This document shows, one piece after another, positions 1 through 13,274 of a stretch of DNA of 64,000 nt. Position 1 is the stretch's first letter, and every line of letters begins with the position of its first letter. The translations under genes were made by a program, and so were the position numbers. The stretch is from NCBI RefSeq assembly GCF_018977255.1, contig NW_024704742.1, forward strand, positions 127,350,001-127,414,000, given 5' to 3'. A model generated the notes under the pieces. That model had not been told where the DNA came from. It saw only the letters and a list, made by a program, of their open reading frames with translations, and did no database searches. The DNA comes from Callorhinchus milii. Its lineage: Eukaryota.

Positions 1-862
1 CTGGATTACTAAAACCATCATAAATGAAGTACAAACAAATCAGCAACAATTGTTTGTTACGGATCATCATTTGTACAAATATACATAGAACCATAGAATT
101 ATACAGCACAGAAGGATGCCATTTGGCCCATCGTGCCAGCTGTTTGAAAGAGCTGTCCAATTTAGTTCCACTCCCCGCTCTCTTCCCATAACCCTGCAAA
201 TTTGTCCGGCCCTACATGTTCATATATCCAGGGCTCGGAACCCACCTTGATTAGTATGAGAGAGGTAAGCAGCTGCTGTTCAAGTCCCACATCTCCCTCT
301 TGTGGAACCACTGTTCAATGGGTAAGGCTGTATGTATGTCTGAATTGTGGGCAAGGAAGATGGCAATGCTCCATCACATACTTCCCACATTCCTATTTGG
401 GAGGTAAACTGAATTGGCTCCAAGGTGCCATTCATGGCAATGAAATGTCAGAATCGAGTCAATCCTTGATAGTCAGGTTTCTAAACCAGGCAGGTCCGCA
501 GAACTTAGAGCTTGGCTCATTGTTAGGACTTGGGAGAGTCATTGGGTGCAAAGAATCTTCTGTTAATCCTGCAAGCTAAAGCGCTAATGGGTAGGCCAGT
601 CTTAGCATTTGTTCATTTGTGAGGATATTGCACTTAATGAGTTCTGTGAGAAATTTCTTGGAGAATGTTTCTTGACTCTTTGCGCTTTCACTTATGAGAA
701 GAATGTCACTGGCATTGATATACTGTGAGTTTGAAATTTGCATATAAAGGTTTTGCACATCTGACATAAAAAAACACTCTTACCTCTACTTAAGTAGAAA
801 GTGTTTATAGTGTTATAGTGTATGCAGAACAATAATTCCTCAAACATACAGATATCGCTTAC

Positions 863-1105
863 CATCCTTGAAATAAGCCATGATGCAGGCTTCAGTCATC
901 TCTGCCATGTGCTTGACGGATGCAAGTCTTTGACAAGTTGCAGTTAGCAATGGTGGCACCAAATTAAATTTAGCCCTAGTTTCAGTCCAAGTCCGGAGGG
1001 ACATTCGCAGCGATTCTGCTGATGTAACACTGGTGTTGTTTAGCATTGTTAGTACTTCCATAAAAAGACTGGATACCGCCATGTGATGCATCTGACAGTC
1101 CACAC
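863..1105 (-). CDS. EPG5: EPG5 exon 40 (243 nt)
   Basis: HMAVSSLFMEVL...LASVKHMAEMTEACIMAYFK; phase 1-1. Confidence 0.94.
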
Positions 1106-1609
1106 CTGAGAAAGAGAAATGGAAAAAAAACTTAAAATTTCAGTGGATTTAACTAACTATACAATGGGATAGTTATTAATTACCTTCAAATCTATTTAAG
1201 AGTAATATTTGCAAATACATTGTAAAACAATTCACTGCATTACATAGTGACATATTGAGCATTATATAAAAGGTTTATTCCCACAGCTACGACTGATAAT
1301 GAAGAATCACAAAAGCCTAGTCAAGGAAACAGGTCTTCAGGTGGAATTTCACAAGATTAGTTTGATCTCAACTGATCTTATTCTTCTAGAATACCCAACC
1401 TTCTGTCCTACTGTAACAGCATCAAGCTGTTTTTGAAATGAGTCACATATCCTGGCCTCAACCACCCTCCCTGGCAACCTGTTTGTCATTAATTACCATT
1501 TGTGTAAAGAAAAACTTCCTAGTAACTGTCTTGAAAGTTAGTTATCAGATAACTGATATTTTAGGAAAACAAAATTGTAAACCTGTATTAGTTTTCAGAT
1601 TGTACTAAC

Positions 1610-1754
1610 CTGGTGGGTTAAATACCACAATGTCATCCAGTAAATTTGTCATCTCTTGTTCAAGAGTAGCATTGACTACCTGAGCATTCTGATCCAAGGT
1701 AATCAGACACTGGACAATTTGGTGGATATATGCCCTGCATTTAAGTGTAGCATC
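1610..1754 (-). CDS. EPG5: EPG5 exon 39 (145 nt)
   Basis: LEQEMTNLLDDIVVFNPP; phase 0-1. Confidence 0.93.
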
Positions 1755-1924
1755 CTAAAGTAACCACATATTAAACATTAACAAAAAGCAATGACATTTG
1801 CAGAACATAACTAAAATAATAAAACATCACTTTACTCAATGTGTTGAGTGATACAAACGGATTGACTTCAAGATTCTCACACTCGTGTTCAAATCCTTCA
1901 CTCTCTGGCATCTCCCTACCTCCT

Positions 1925-2212
1925 CACTCCCCAATCCACCACCTGGCTCCTCCACTCGACTGGCACCGGCCTCCTGCACGTCCCTCACCCACTGCACCCC
2001 AAAACTCTGGAACACTCTCCCTCAATCCCTCCACCTTGCACCCTCTCTCCCCTTTTTCAAGTCTTGCCTGAAAACCTTCCTCTCCGACTGTGCTTACAGC
2101 CACCACCCAATCCCACCCACTCCTGGCTCGGAGTCAGGCTCTGCCACTGTTAAGCGCCATGAGACGCTACCCTACATGGAGGGCGCTATATAAGTGCAAG
2201 TTGTTATTGTTG
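1925..2212 (+). mobile_element. L2 3' fragment
   Basis: KLWNTLPQSL...FKSCLKTFL; L2 tail. Confidence 0.75.
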
Positions 2213-2844
2213 TATTGGGTGTAAACGGAGCAATTTTAATTATGGAAAAACTTTGAAAGCAGATAAATGGGAGACTAGTCAGAACATGCATTTTCTATTT
2301 ACCATTCCCACTTGAATTAGTTTGGATTTCTCTCCCCTGTTTCATTCTTTCTAAACCTAGTGATCTCGTGACTGAAGTGATCTAATCTGTCTCAGCTTCA
2401 TTGAGTTTCAGTTCTGGAATCTAGGGTCATGTCATGCTGCCAAATGTAGATTCAGAAATTTCCTACAACTATACTACTGTGGATTACAGAGCAAAGCGAG
2501 TGGGAACCACCAGTTAACCTGGGTTTCTTTAGTTTGTCAAGTTTGCATGTCAGAAAATATTTGTCTACTTTCAGTTGTTTCAATGTTTAAGGACAGCAAG
2601 AGTATTTCTAACTTAATTTGCTCCTGGATTGATTTGAAATATAAGTATGGAGATATATTCAACCAGGAATAAGTAATTTGTAGTTAACATTCCAAGGAAG
2701 AGTGCAGTGGTGTATCTTGCTCTTGAAGACAATAATTTAGTTAAATAATCAAGCAACTTCAGCATGTCATACACATCTTATCCTGGAGTTATGTATCTGC
2801 TAATAACATGCAACAATTACTTTTTTTTGCAATTATCTACTTAC

Positions 2845-3054
2845 ACTGTGTGCTACACTGTCCAAGGTAGCATTAAAACCTGCAACAACTTTTAAAAGCT
2901 TAAGTGTTAGTTTAGCCGATGGATCTTTTGCTACAACAACAGATGGTGAGTAGTGGCTACTGAAGTAGCTCATGACATTTTGGTAGGATATAATGTCCAC
3001 AAAATGCCAGGGCAATGAACTTGCTTGTCCAAGAAGGTTGTGTAGTGGAGACTC
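2845..3054 (-). CDS. EPG5: EPG5 exon 38 (210 nt)
   Basis: ESPLHNLLGQASSLPWHFVD...YFSSHY; phase 0-0. Confidence 0.93.
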
Positions 3055-4214
3055 CTGCAGAGAAGAGCAGTTGCAGTGTTGTTAGTGAAATCTATTCTTT
3101 ATTAATATGATTATAATTAATTAAGCATGATTATTTAGATTTTTTTCCAATGAATCTGGAAATTGAAATAGTAAATTATTCTAAACTATTTCGCCCGCAA
3201 AACATACAATCAATTTATTTTACAGTATATTCTGTGAAGCATTTTCAACAACATAATAAGGCGCTATATCAAATGTCCACTGGTGATACCACACCCAAAC
3301 ATCTGAAGATTTTCTATTGTAAAAAAGACTTCCCATTACTTTTCTAAACTGATGCATTACAACACAGACATATTTAAAAGAAAAGTACAGAAGCACAAAT
3401 CATTTTCTACACTTATTTCATTTTTGCACATGGGCCAAAAAAAGCCAAAGCAATTCAAAACATTGTATTAATTTTATCCGTTTAGGTTAAAGGATAAATG
3501 ACTTCTACAGCTTTAAAAAAGATAAACATGTCTAACAATCCACCTAATTTATTTTCGCTCAATTCCTAAAGTTGATACTAAAACACAATTTGAGAAATGT
3601 ACAAAAGAACATAGAACTTCCCAAGGCATTTTATCTCTCACCCTTTCCTTATGTCTCTCAAAATAAACTGATCCCGAGCTAAAAAGACAGGTGCTTTTTC
3701 CAGGAGTTTGATAATGCCTCTGCTATGAGGTACGGGTGAGATGCAACCAGATTATTAAATCTTTACTGAATTGATTTGCAGTTTTTTCTTCCCTATCGGC
3801 AGTAAAGCAGCTTATGAGGTTGATCATCATTCATTCATGACTGTGCTGTTCATGTCAATTTCGAATGGTCTTTTTGTGGAGATAGTTATCATATCTTAAT
3901 TCTGGACATGAAATATCTTCTACATATTTTAGCGCACATTCTTAAAGATGCAACATTTCTTAAAGATCAAAATCAGTCACATATTTTAATTCTGTGTTCT
4001 CAAAGAAATATTTTCTGGATTTATTAGTATATAAAAGACTTTTTCATGTGCATTTAAGGTTTGAAAAATAGCCTTGCAGTGATTTCAATAAGCAGTTGTG
4101 AACACTACAATTGGTGATCATTGAGTTATTGGGCAAAATTGTGGATAAGCACAGGCATGAAGGACTGAATGGTTTTCTCTGCTAAAATGTCTATGTTGTT
4201 AAGTCAGTAAGAAG

Positions 4215-5180
4215 CTGGGCCAATAGAAAAGTGCAGACGCAATTTTTCCGCAGAATCCGCTACAAATACTCCCCTTTTCCACACACACACCTCCTCAGCT
4301 ACAAACACCACACTCCACTACAAACATCCCCCTCGGCTACACTCACCCACTCCTCTACAAACACCCCACTCTGCCAACACACACACTCCACTACAAATAC
4401 CCCCCTCGGCTACACCCACCCACTCCTCTACAAACACCCCACTCTGCTAACGCACACACCCACTCCGCTACAAACCCCCCCTCAGGTTACACCCACCCAG
4501 CTACAAATATGTCCTCCGCTACAATTCTGTATAAAACAGTGTGCTGAGGGCCCCGGATCTCTGTGCGCTGCTGCCAGGAGTTTACTCGAGGGCAATACTA
4601 TGGGGGGGCGGTTATGGACACGCAGGCGTGATTCGCTGTGAGTGGGAAATGGGCTTTGCTCATCCCAAGGATCCACTGTTCAGATGGTCTGTGTGTTTAT
4701 GAGTGTCTCTCTGTGTCTGTGACTCTCTGTGTCTGTGAGTGTGTGTCTCTGTGTCTGTGAATATCTCCGAGTGTGTCTCTCTCTGTGTCTGTGAGTGTCT
4801 GTGTGTGTCTCGCTGTGTCTCTTTCTCTGTGAGTGTGTGTCTGTGAGCATGTGTCTGTGAATGTGTGTGCGTGTGGTGACTGCCCCGAGGGGTAGGAGGT
4901 GGTGAATTCCTGGAGCCCCACAGTTGCTCTGGTGTTCCTCTCCCCCGCGCCCCAGAATGGGCCATGCGTTTTTTGTTAAAGAAAGCACAATTTTTTTTGA
5001 ATATTCTAATATGTGTTATTACTTCATGTTTAGTATTTATCAATAAAATGAAGAAAATATAGGTTAGCAGTAAAACGTTACTCTCAACGGCACAAATCAA
5101 CTCCCTACAATTTTCTGCGGAATTTGTCAAATTCCCCCGAAAATTTTGGCAAATAATTCTGCAATTTTCTACTGGCCCTG
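4215..5180. mobile_element. Non-autonomous hAT-like DNA transposon
   Basis: 23-bp TIRs c(t/a)gggcca(a/g)tagaaaa(g/t)tgcaga with 3 mismatches; flanks gtaagaag and gtgataaa (5/8) as a decayed 8-bp TSD. Confidence 0.7.
4690..4875. repeat. Compound (TG)/(TC) low-complexity repeat inside the hAT-like element
   Basis: Direct reading. Confidence 0.9.
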
Positions 5181-5239
5181 GTGATAAAGCACATATAAGT
5201 CACTTAAATAGGTTAAGAAAATAGCATACAAAAACTTAC

Positions 5240-5425
5240 TGGTTTATTGATAAGTTCATCCTCTTTCGACAAGAAAATTATCATGAACAATAAATACACA
5301 ACCATTGTCTGCGTTTTCAAGAGGGCTTGTGAATTCCAGGCATCAGACAGCACACTAACCCAATTCACTTCACAAAGTAAAGTGCCCAGAAATAAGAAAC
5401 AACTCTTTGGGCTTCCTCTCTCCAC
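5240..5425 (-). CDS. EPG5: EPG5 exon 37 (186 nt)
   Basis: [14 protein letters not shown]...[11 protein letters not shown]; phase 0-0. Confidence 0.95.
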
Positions 5426-5679
5426 CTGAAAGATACGATCGTTACATATTAACTGTTATTCTCGGGAGCACAGCTACATCCTATGCTTGTGTAGAATCAG
5501 TTATTTTGACGTCACGTTCAAATAACATTGTCTCATTGACTGTATATATTTTTGGCAGGTCATCTGGGACATCGTACTGATACAAATAACGTTTTATTAA
5601 CATATTAACTGCGTCAAGTCAACTGCTCAAATACTTAAGATACCATAAAGAATAATTCTGTAATAATTTTGTGTCTTAC

Positions 5680-5855
5680 TTTAAAGAACTCTTCCATTAA
5701 GGCTTGATCAGGGTGTAGCTCTCTCCATGGCAGTTTGGAGTATTCAGAGTGATAGGCATACAGAATGTACTCTGGCATTTTGGGCGCAGTGCAAGTTTCA
5801 CAGTAATGCATCAAATGGAACCACAGAGCACCACACTGGCCAGGGATTAGTTTAC
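5680..5855 (-). CDS. EPG5: EPG5 exon 36 (176 nt)
   Basis: [21 protein letters not shown]...LPW...FFK; phase 1-0. Confidence 0.94.
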
Positions 5856-6059
5856 CTAAAAAACAAAATACAAGAATGCAACCAACTGCCCTGGATTGAA
5901 GGAAAAGGATTGTCAGGACTACTATGTTATTAATGATCAGTAGTGAATGAGCTGGGGAGGGGGTGGGGGGGGAGAGAGATTAAGAATACATTTTACCCCA
6001 ATTTCCTCTTGGGTGTGAGCATGTTTATTTTAGTAAATCTCTTTTGCTTATACTTTATC

Positions 6060-6950
6060 ACTGTCTGTCAGACATCAAGTCCTGGAAGAGAGCTAACTTT
6101 CTACAGTTGAATGTCAACAAGACGAAGGCCCTCCTGATTGGCTCCCGTCAGCGCCTCCTCACCTCAGGCTCTGATAACATCATCATCCATGGTTGCACAC
6201 TCCACTTTGCTAACCCAGTCTGGCACCTTGACGTCTTGTTTGACCCTCAACTATCCTTTCTACCCCACATCCATGACATGACCTGCACTGCCTTCCCCCA
6301 ACACTGTCCAGCTCCACCACTCTCACACAACAGACTGCCGAGTCCCTCATACATGCATTCATAACATCCAGGCTTGACTACGCAAACTCACTGCTTGTCG
6401 GCCTCCCTAACTACTCTCTCCATAGGCTGCAGATCACCCAGAACTCTGCAGCCTCCGTCCTTTCCCGCACCGGGCTCCATGACCCTATCACCCCCATCCT
6501 CACCCGACTCCACTGGCTTCCCATCACATAGAGGATACAGTTCAAGATCCTGATCCTCATCTTCAAAGTCCTACATGGTCTTGCTCCCCTCTACCTCTGT
6601 GACCTCCTAACCCCCTACCAACCTGCCTGCTCTCTCCGCTCAGCGGGCTCCGGCCTGCTTTATGACCCACCACCTCACCCGCTCTACCATTGGCGGGCGG
6701 GCCTTCCGCCACTCTGCCCCACCCTCTGGAACTTCATCCTGCAAACCTTCTGCCTCGCCTCCTCTCTTGCCTCCTTCAAGACCCTTTTCAAGATCCTCCT
6801 CTTCGACTGTGCCTTCGGACACCCTCCTTCTGCCCTGCCGTTCATTCTCCCCGATCTCGACCCTCAGCTCGGGTCCAAAACAATGAATGTCCAGCGCCTT
6901 GGGATGTCCATCCGACATGAAGGCCACTACACAAATGTCATTTTGTTTTT
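6060..6950 (+). mobile_element. L2 LINE 3' fragment
   Basis: CLSDIKSWKRANFLQLNVNKT, LHWLPI; hairpin tail followed by TTG-type repeat. Confidence 0.9.
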
Positions 6951-7353
6951 GTTATTTATCAGTGTTAACGTACTGGAACAAGAAGGAGACTATCCTTTTT
7001 CCGTGGCCCCTGGGATTTACAATAGTTGTGTGTTTCTAATGTACATGGTAAAAATTCATTGAGTTTTATCCATTGATTCTCGGAAATCAATTAAACTATG
7101 GTAACGTGAAAGGATTTTAAGAAAACAGGTCAATTTCAATATGCCTACACTATTGTGCAAGTAAACGTCACACGTCAGGAAGGAACCTTGCAAAAACAAC
7201 CAAAAACACTGTCCCTGACCCATTAGGCCATAATTACAATTTAATACAAATTTACATTTGTAAATTCTATAAAATCTAAATGAAATACCAAGTGTAGATT
7301 TAAGCATCACATTACACAATATGTATAAAGCATCTAATCAAATTCTATCTTAC

Positions 7354-7457
7354 CTTTAAAACTTTGATGTAGATAATCAACACATTCTGAAAATAACTTC
7401 ACCATGCAAGAGGCTGTTGGAGTGTCTATCTCTAGCCAGGGGTAGCAACGATTAGTA
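7354..7457 (-). CDS. EPG5: EPG5 exon 35 (104 nt)
   Basis: CYPWLEIDT...LHQSFK; phase 2-1. Confidence 0.9.
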
Positions 7458-8329
7458 CTGTTGATCAAAATACAATAATAGAATACGTACATGTGCCTCC
7501 AAAATACTCAGGTCACTAAATTTTACTGTAAATCCAGTGAAATATATCCTCCTGACGTGAAAGTCACTGTATCATTAGAATTATTCAACTGCAAGGATTA
7601 TTAGCAAGATATGTACCTATTAGCAATCCATCTTGGCTTTTATATAAGTTCTGCAACCTGCAGTTGGCCTCAGTGTACCTGAGTTTGTGTGTGTATGTAT
7701 GTGTGTGGGGGGAGGGGTAAAATAAATCATTCATGTTTCCTGCATCCGATTATTGTTCCGTGAACACTACAGGAAAGTGTGCAGGTGCGGATGAGGACAG
7801 GATTGAGCTAAGGTGTGTTGCCCCACAATGGAGAATGCCCAACTGTAGAACTGAAACCAGAAAAAGTAACCAATTTGAGAAGACAAGAGAAGGAAAGGGG
7901 TAAAAACTGAGAGAAAATGATGACAGTTCCAGAAAGTTATGACATCATTCATAAATGTGAAAATGTTGAATCGGCAAAATAGCCAGTGAAGTAGCAATGG
8001 CATGACTGACATGCATTCAAATATTAAAACTTGGCAAATGAAAATTATGGTTTAGAAGAAAAGTAGGTTTTAAAATTGTTTCACTCAAAAGACTGAGTTG
8101 ACTGAGTTACTTTAAAATGCACATTAGGGGGCAGTAATGCACCATGAAAAAGCTGATCATAAATTTCAAAGCAAATGTTCAATTGTGAATAGCAAGGACA
8201 TTGGAAAGCAGGACATTTGCCTAATAACAGGGCAACCCCATTATAGCATTGTTAGTTGGGTATATATGTTAAAAAAAAGGCTTTCGGGTGATCAGGTTCA
8301 TGTGGGGTTCATAAGCAGTTGCTATCGTT

Positions 8330-11300
8330 GATTCGGAGGGCGAAGCCAGGACAGCGCGGGGAGGAGCCGAGGCCTGTATAAAGCCGAGCCGAGATAAGCA
8401 GTCGCTGATTCGGAGGGTGGAGTGGAACATCTGCAGAAAAACGACAAGTGACAGCAACGTGACGTCACACTCAAAAGACAGAACCAGAAAAAAAACTAAA
8501 TAAAAATCATAATCCGGAGTGAAAGAGAGAGGAGAGATTGGCATGACAGATGTTGTGCGATGACTGCAGTATGTGGGAGTTGATGGAGGGCAGCCTGAGC
8601 CCGGGCGACAACATCTGCAGCAAATGTCTGCAACTGAGAAAGCTCCAGCTTAGAGTAGCTGAGCTGGAATCCGAGGTGCAGACATTGCGCACTAGAGAAG
8701 GTGAGAGCTTCCTGGATAGTTTCATCCCGGAGACAAACACTCCCCTGAGGCTCAGTAAGTGTGTAGATCCTGCTACTAGTCAGGGACAGGACAGTGTGAC
8801 TTGACAGTCAGGCAGGTAAGGGGACCCCAGAGAGAGTGGTGGAGAAGCCTCAGGCTTCTAACAGGTATGAGGTACTTGCAACCTGTGTGGACAAGGAAGT
8901 CTGTAAGGAGGAGAATGGGCAAACTGACCCCAGGACCTCTATACAGGAGGCCACACAAGTTGGGAGAGCAAAACGGAATGTGGTTGTAATAGGGGACGAG
9001 ACAGTCGGGTGGAGAGACACTCTTCTCTGCAGCCACAATCAGGAGTCACGAAGGGCTGGAGAAGAATTTGAAGCAGGAAGGAGATGATCCAATTGTGGTG
9101 ATCCACATAGGAACCAACAATCTAGGTAGGACTAATAGCGACGACCTGATGAGTGAGTTCAATAAACTAGGAATTAAATTAAAAGGAAGAACTTCCAAGG
9201 TGATAATCTCCGGATTACTACCTGAGCCACGCGCAAATTGGTACAGGGATAAACAAATTAAAGAGTTAAACGCGTGACTGAAAGAGTGGTGCGGGAGGCA
9301 GGGGTTTCGTTTTATGGGTCAATGGCACTGGTATCGGGGGGAAAAGGGAGCTGTTCCATCAAGATGGGCTCCACCTTAACCGGGCTGGGACCAATATCCT
9401 GGCAAAACGATTAAATAGGGAGATAGACAGAGCTTTAAACTATTAAGGTGAGGGGGAGGGAGAGTTGCTAATCAGCAATCTGGAAGTCAAGGCTCCTCTA
9501 GGGCAGAGTGACAATAACATGATGGAATTTAACATTAAGTTAGAGAGTGATATAGTTGAATCCAAAGCAAGAGTCTTAAATCTAAATAAAACCAACTCTG
9601 CAGATATGAGAGAAGATTTGGCTAGAATAGACTGGGAAATTAGATTAAAAAATATGACGGTAGACCAGCAATGGCAAACGTTTAAAGATATAATTCCCAG
9701 TGATCACATATTAACTTGAAAAATAAAAATACCATCGGAAAAGTGGTTCAACCTTGGCTGACTATAGAAGCTAGGGAAAGTTAAAAATTAAAAGAGGCCT
9801 ATAATACTGCCAAAAGAGCAGTAAACCTGAGGTTTTGGAGGGCTTTAGAGATCAGAGAAGGAAAACCAAGAAACTGATTAAGAGGGAGAAAATGGAATAT
9901 AAGAACATAAGAATTAGGAGCAGGAGTAGGCCATTCGGCCCCTTGAGCCTGTCCTGCCTTTCGATAAGATCATGGCTGATCTTCAGACCTAACTCTAATT
10001 ACCTGCCCTATCCCCATATCCCCTAATCCCTCTGGTTTTTAAAAATCTATCAGTCTCAGCCTTGAAGATGAGGTGGCTGCAGAGATAGTGGATGCTTTGT
10101 TTTTGATCTTCTAAAATTCCCTGGATTCTGGAATGGTTCCCAGTGATTGGAAGGTCACAAACTAACACCGATATTTAAGAAAGGTGGGCAACAAAAAATT
10201 GGGAACTGTAGACCAGTTAGTCTGACATCGGTGGTAGAGAAAATTCTATAGTCCTTAATTAGGGACGTCGTTGTGGCGTACGTCGAAAATCATAACATGA
10301 TTAGGCAGAGTCAACATGGCTTTATGAAAGGGAAATCATGTTTAACAAATCTTACAGAATTTTTTGAGGATGTAACTCGCAGGTTAGATATTTAGATTTC
10401 CATAAGGAATTGACAAGGTGCCACATAAAAGGCTGTTGCATAAGATTAGAGCCCATGGAATTAAAGGTAATATATAAGCATGGATTGCAGAATGGCTAAC
10501 AAGAAGAAAACAGAGAGTGGGGATAAACGGGTCCTTCTCAGATTGGCAGGATGTGAACAGTGGAGTGCCACAAGGATCAGTGCTTGGGCCTCAATTATTT
10601 ACAGTCTATAGCAACGATTTAGATGAAGAAATAGAACTTAACATATCTAAATTTGCGGATGATACAAAGATAGGTGGGAGAGTAAGCTGTGAGGATAACA
10701 CACAAAGAATGGCAAGGGAAATAGATAGGCTAGGTGAGTGGGCAAGAAGGTGGCAGATGGAGTATGACGTGGAGAAGTGTGAAGTTATTCACCTCAACAG
10801 TAAAAATAGAAAAGCGGATCATTTTTTAGAGGGGGAGAGACAAGGTAGTGTTGGTGTTTAGAGGGATTTAGGTGTCCTTGTACACCAGTCACAAAAAGTT
10901 AATATGCAGGTACAGCAAACAACTAGGAAAGCTAATACCATGTTGGTGTTCGTTGCAAAAGAGTTAAGAGTACAAAAGTAGGGAAGTCTTGCTGAAGTTG
11001 TATAAAGCCTGGGTGAGACCGCACCTAGAATACTGTGCGCAGTTTTGGTCTCCTTATTTAAGAAAGGACACACTCGCCTTAGAGGGCGTGCAGCGTAGAT
11101 TCACTAGATTGGATCCTGGGGTTGACCTATGAGGATAGGTTGAGTAAACTAGGCCTATATTCTCTAGAATATAAAGGAATTAGAAATGATCTTATAGAAC
11201 CTATAAGATTCTTAACGGTCTTGACAGGGTAGAAGCCGTGAGACTGTTTCCCCTGGTTGGAGAATCTAAAACTAGGGGTCATAGTCTCAAGATTAAGGGT

Positions 11301-11567
11301 CAGCCTTTTCAAACTGAGTTGAGGAAACATTTCTTCACTCAGAGGGTAATGAATTTGTGGAATTCTCTACCCCAGAAGGCTGTGGATGCTCAGTCCTTGA
11401 ATATATTCAAGATTGAGGTTGATAGATGTCTACAGGATAGAGGGATTAAGGGATATGGGGATAGGGCGGGTAAATGGAATTAGCTTAGAAGATCAGCCAT
11501 GATTTTATTAAATGGCGGGGCAGGCTCGAGGGGCCGAATGGCCTACTCCTGCTCCTACGTCTTATGG
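8330..11567 (+). mobile_element. CR1 LINE relic retaining 5' UTR, ORF1 (zinc finger, coiled coil, SGNH esterase) and an internally deleted ORF2
   Basis: CDDCSMWE...CSKC, VVVIGD, IHIGTNN, DGLHLNR; RT motifs [10 protein letters not shown] and FADD; CR1 3' tail ggccgaatggcctactcctgctcc; many stops and frameshifts. Confidence 0.92.
9901..10065 (-). mobile_element. Antisense CR1 3'-end fragment nested in the CR1
   Basis: ggagcaggagtaggccattcggcccc is the reverse complement of the tail at about 11530-11556. Confidence 0.85.
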
Positions 11568-12372
11568 GTTCAAATGAAGAAGTCCATTTGGCACATTTTA
11601 TATCATGTTTTTAGAATATCCAGCCTACCAACCTCCTACTACAGCATTAAGCTGTTTCTTCCTGGCCAAATATAACAAATATAGCAAAATCACAAGATTA
11701 GTCTGGGTGAAGGCGACCATTTCGTCCATTCAATCTCATCCCTCCAGAACACCCAACCTACTATTCTCCCCATAACTGCATCAAGCTGCTTTTTAAGCAG
11801 GTCTAGCATCCTGGTCTCAACCACCCAGATCAAAGTGACAATCATAGAATCATAACCACAAAAAAAGGAGGCCATTCAGTTTTTTTAATCTATGCTGTTA
11901 TTAGGTTCTCCAATTGAGCTACCAAGAATACTATATTGCCAATGTCCTGTTCTTTCCCTATACCTTAAGAGTTAAAGTGATAGTTTCTCAAACATATTGT
12001 ATATTCCCTTGGTGGGAAAGCACTTGAATGGAACAACTTATTCTTTAGACAATAAGATTAACAAAAGGAATGCTGAAAATTAGGTAAGAATGTTGTGATT
12101 ATATGTAGCTGGAATCAAAACAATTTCTCTCTCAAGGGCATAGACAGATGGAATGGAAACCCAGTTTATAAAACCTGTTCCATTTTTCATTAGGGCTATG
12201 AAGAGCAAAGATCCAATTTTGGTTGTGTATGTGAGCAGCTAAGTGCAATTGTGGATCATTGAAATGAAGGTGATGTTTTTTCTGACTATAATGTATCCAT
12301 GATCAAATATGCCAATCAAACTATGTTTGATATTTTGCCACAGGCAGTGGATATAAAACCAAAATAAGTTAC

Positions 12373-12448
12373 CTTGCTTCTTCCAATTTTAGTACCAGTA
12401 ACCATGGCCTAAAAAGTCTCATCAGTTTTCCATATGCTACTTGCAATC
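12373..12448 (-). CDS. EPG5: EPG5 exon 34 (76 nt)
   Basis: LFRPWLLVL; phase 1-2. Confidence 0.88.
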
Positions 12449-13274
12449 CTGTAATGAAAGCAGAGATCATTAAATGATGTTGAAAAAATCAAATTAAAGA
12501 ATACTGCAATAAAAACAAGAGACAGTTTGGGAAATTCAGCACTTTGGCACCCTCCCGATGTGAAAGGTGCTCCATAAATGTAATTTTGTTGTTGTTGTTA
12601 TTGTGGGATTACTTGTGATAATAAAGATGGAAGAAAGTCTCAGTTATCAAGTACCCAAACCAGACAACTCAGGAATTGTAAATTATTTAAAAATATTATT
12701 TTGCAATGACAATAACTTGCATTTTATATAGCACCGCTCACACAGGGTGGCATCTCAGAGCACTTTTATGCTGTGTGCAATTATATGCCCAGTAGTACAG
12801 CTCACTAGTGCACAAATGACTGCAAGAATATACATTAGACATTTGTGTAGGTTACTCCCTGCTATATCCTGAACCTCTGTAACTCCCTTCCTCTACCCCT
12901 CCTATCGGTCTAAAAATCTGCCTTAAAAACATTAGACCACACTTATGGTCACTTTCCCCCTTTCCCTTGTTCTGCAGCCAATCCCATCCTTGTGAAGATG
13001 CTCCCGATTATGTTTTATGATGGGAGCTACATAAATGAAAGTTGTTGTGATGGTGTGCAGCATGAGGAAATGTAGAGAGAGTGAAAAAGATTTTTTAAAA
13101 AAAAATTCCCTTACACTTTATTCCTCTTGGACTAGATTGCTCTGATAATGCAAATTACAGGGAGCAGGAGCGGAGCTATTGAGTGAATGAGAAAGGGAGC
13201 TATGGACCAGCTTGGGTGCCAGGGGTCAACTAAACATAGCCTTTATGTCAGAAGGTTGTGAGTTCAAGCTGTAC

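Noticed and set aside
4231..5130. Long His/Thr-rich ORFs
   Set aside because: Translations of low-complexity CA/TG tracts.
10517..10861. Functional or domesticated reverse transcriptase
   Set aside because: A short open fragment of a CR1 ORF2 with stops and frameshifts on both sides.
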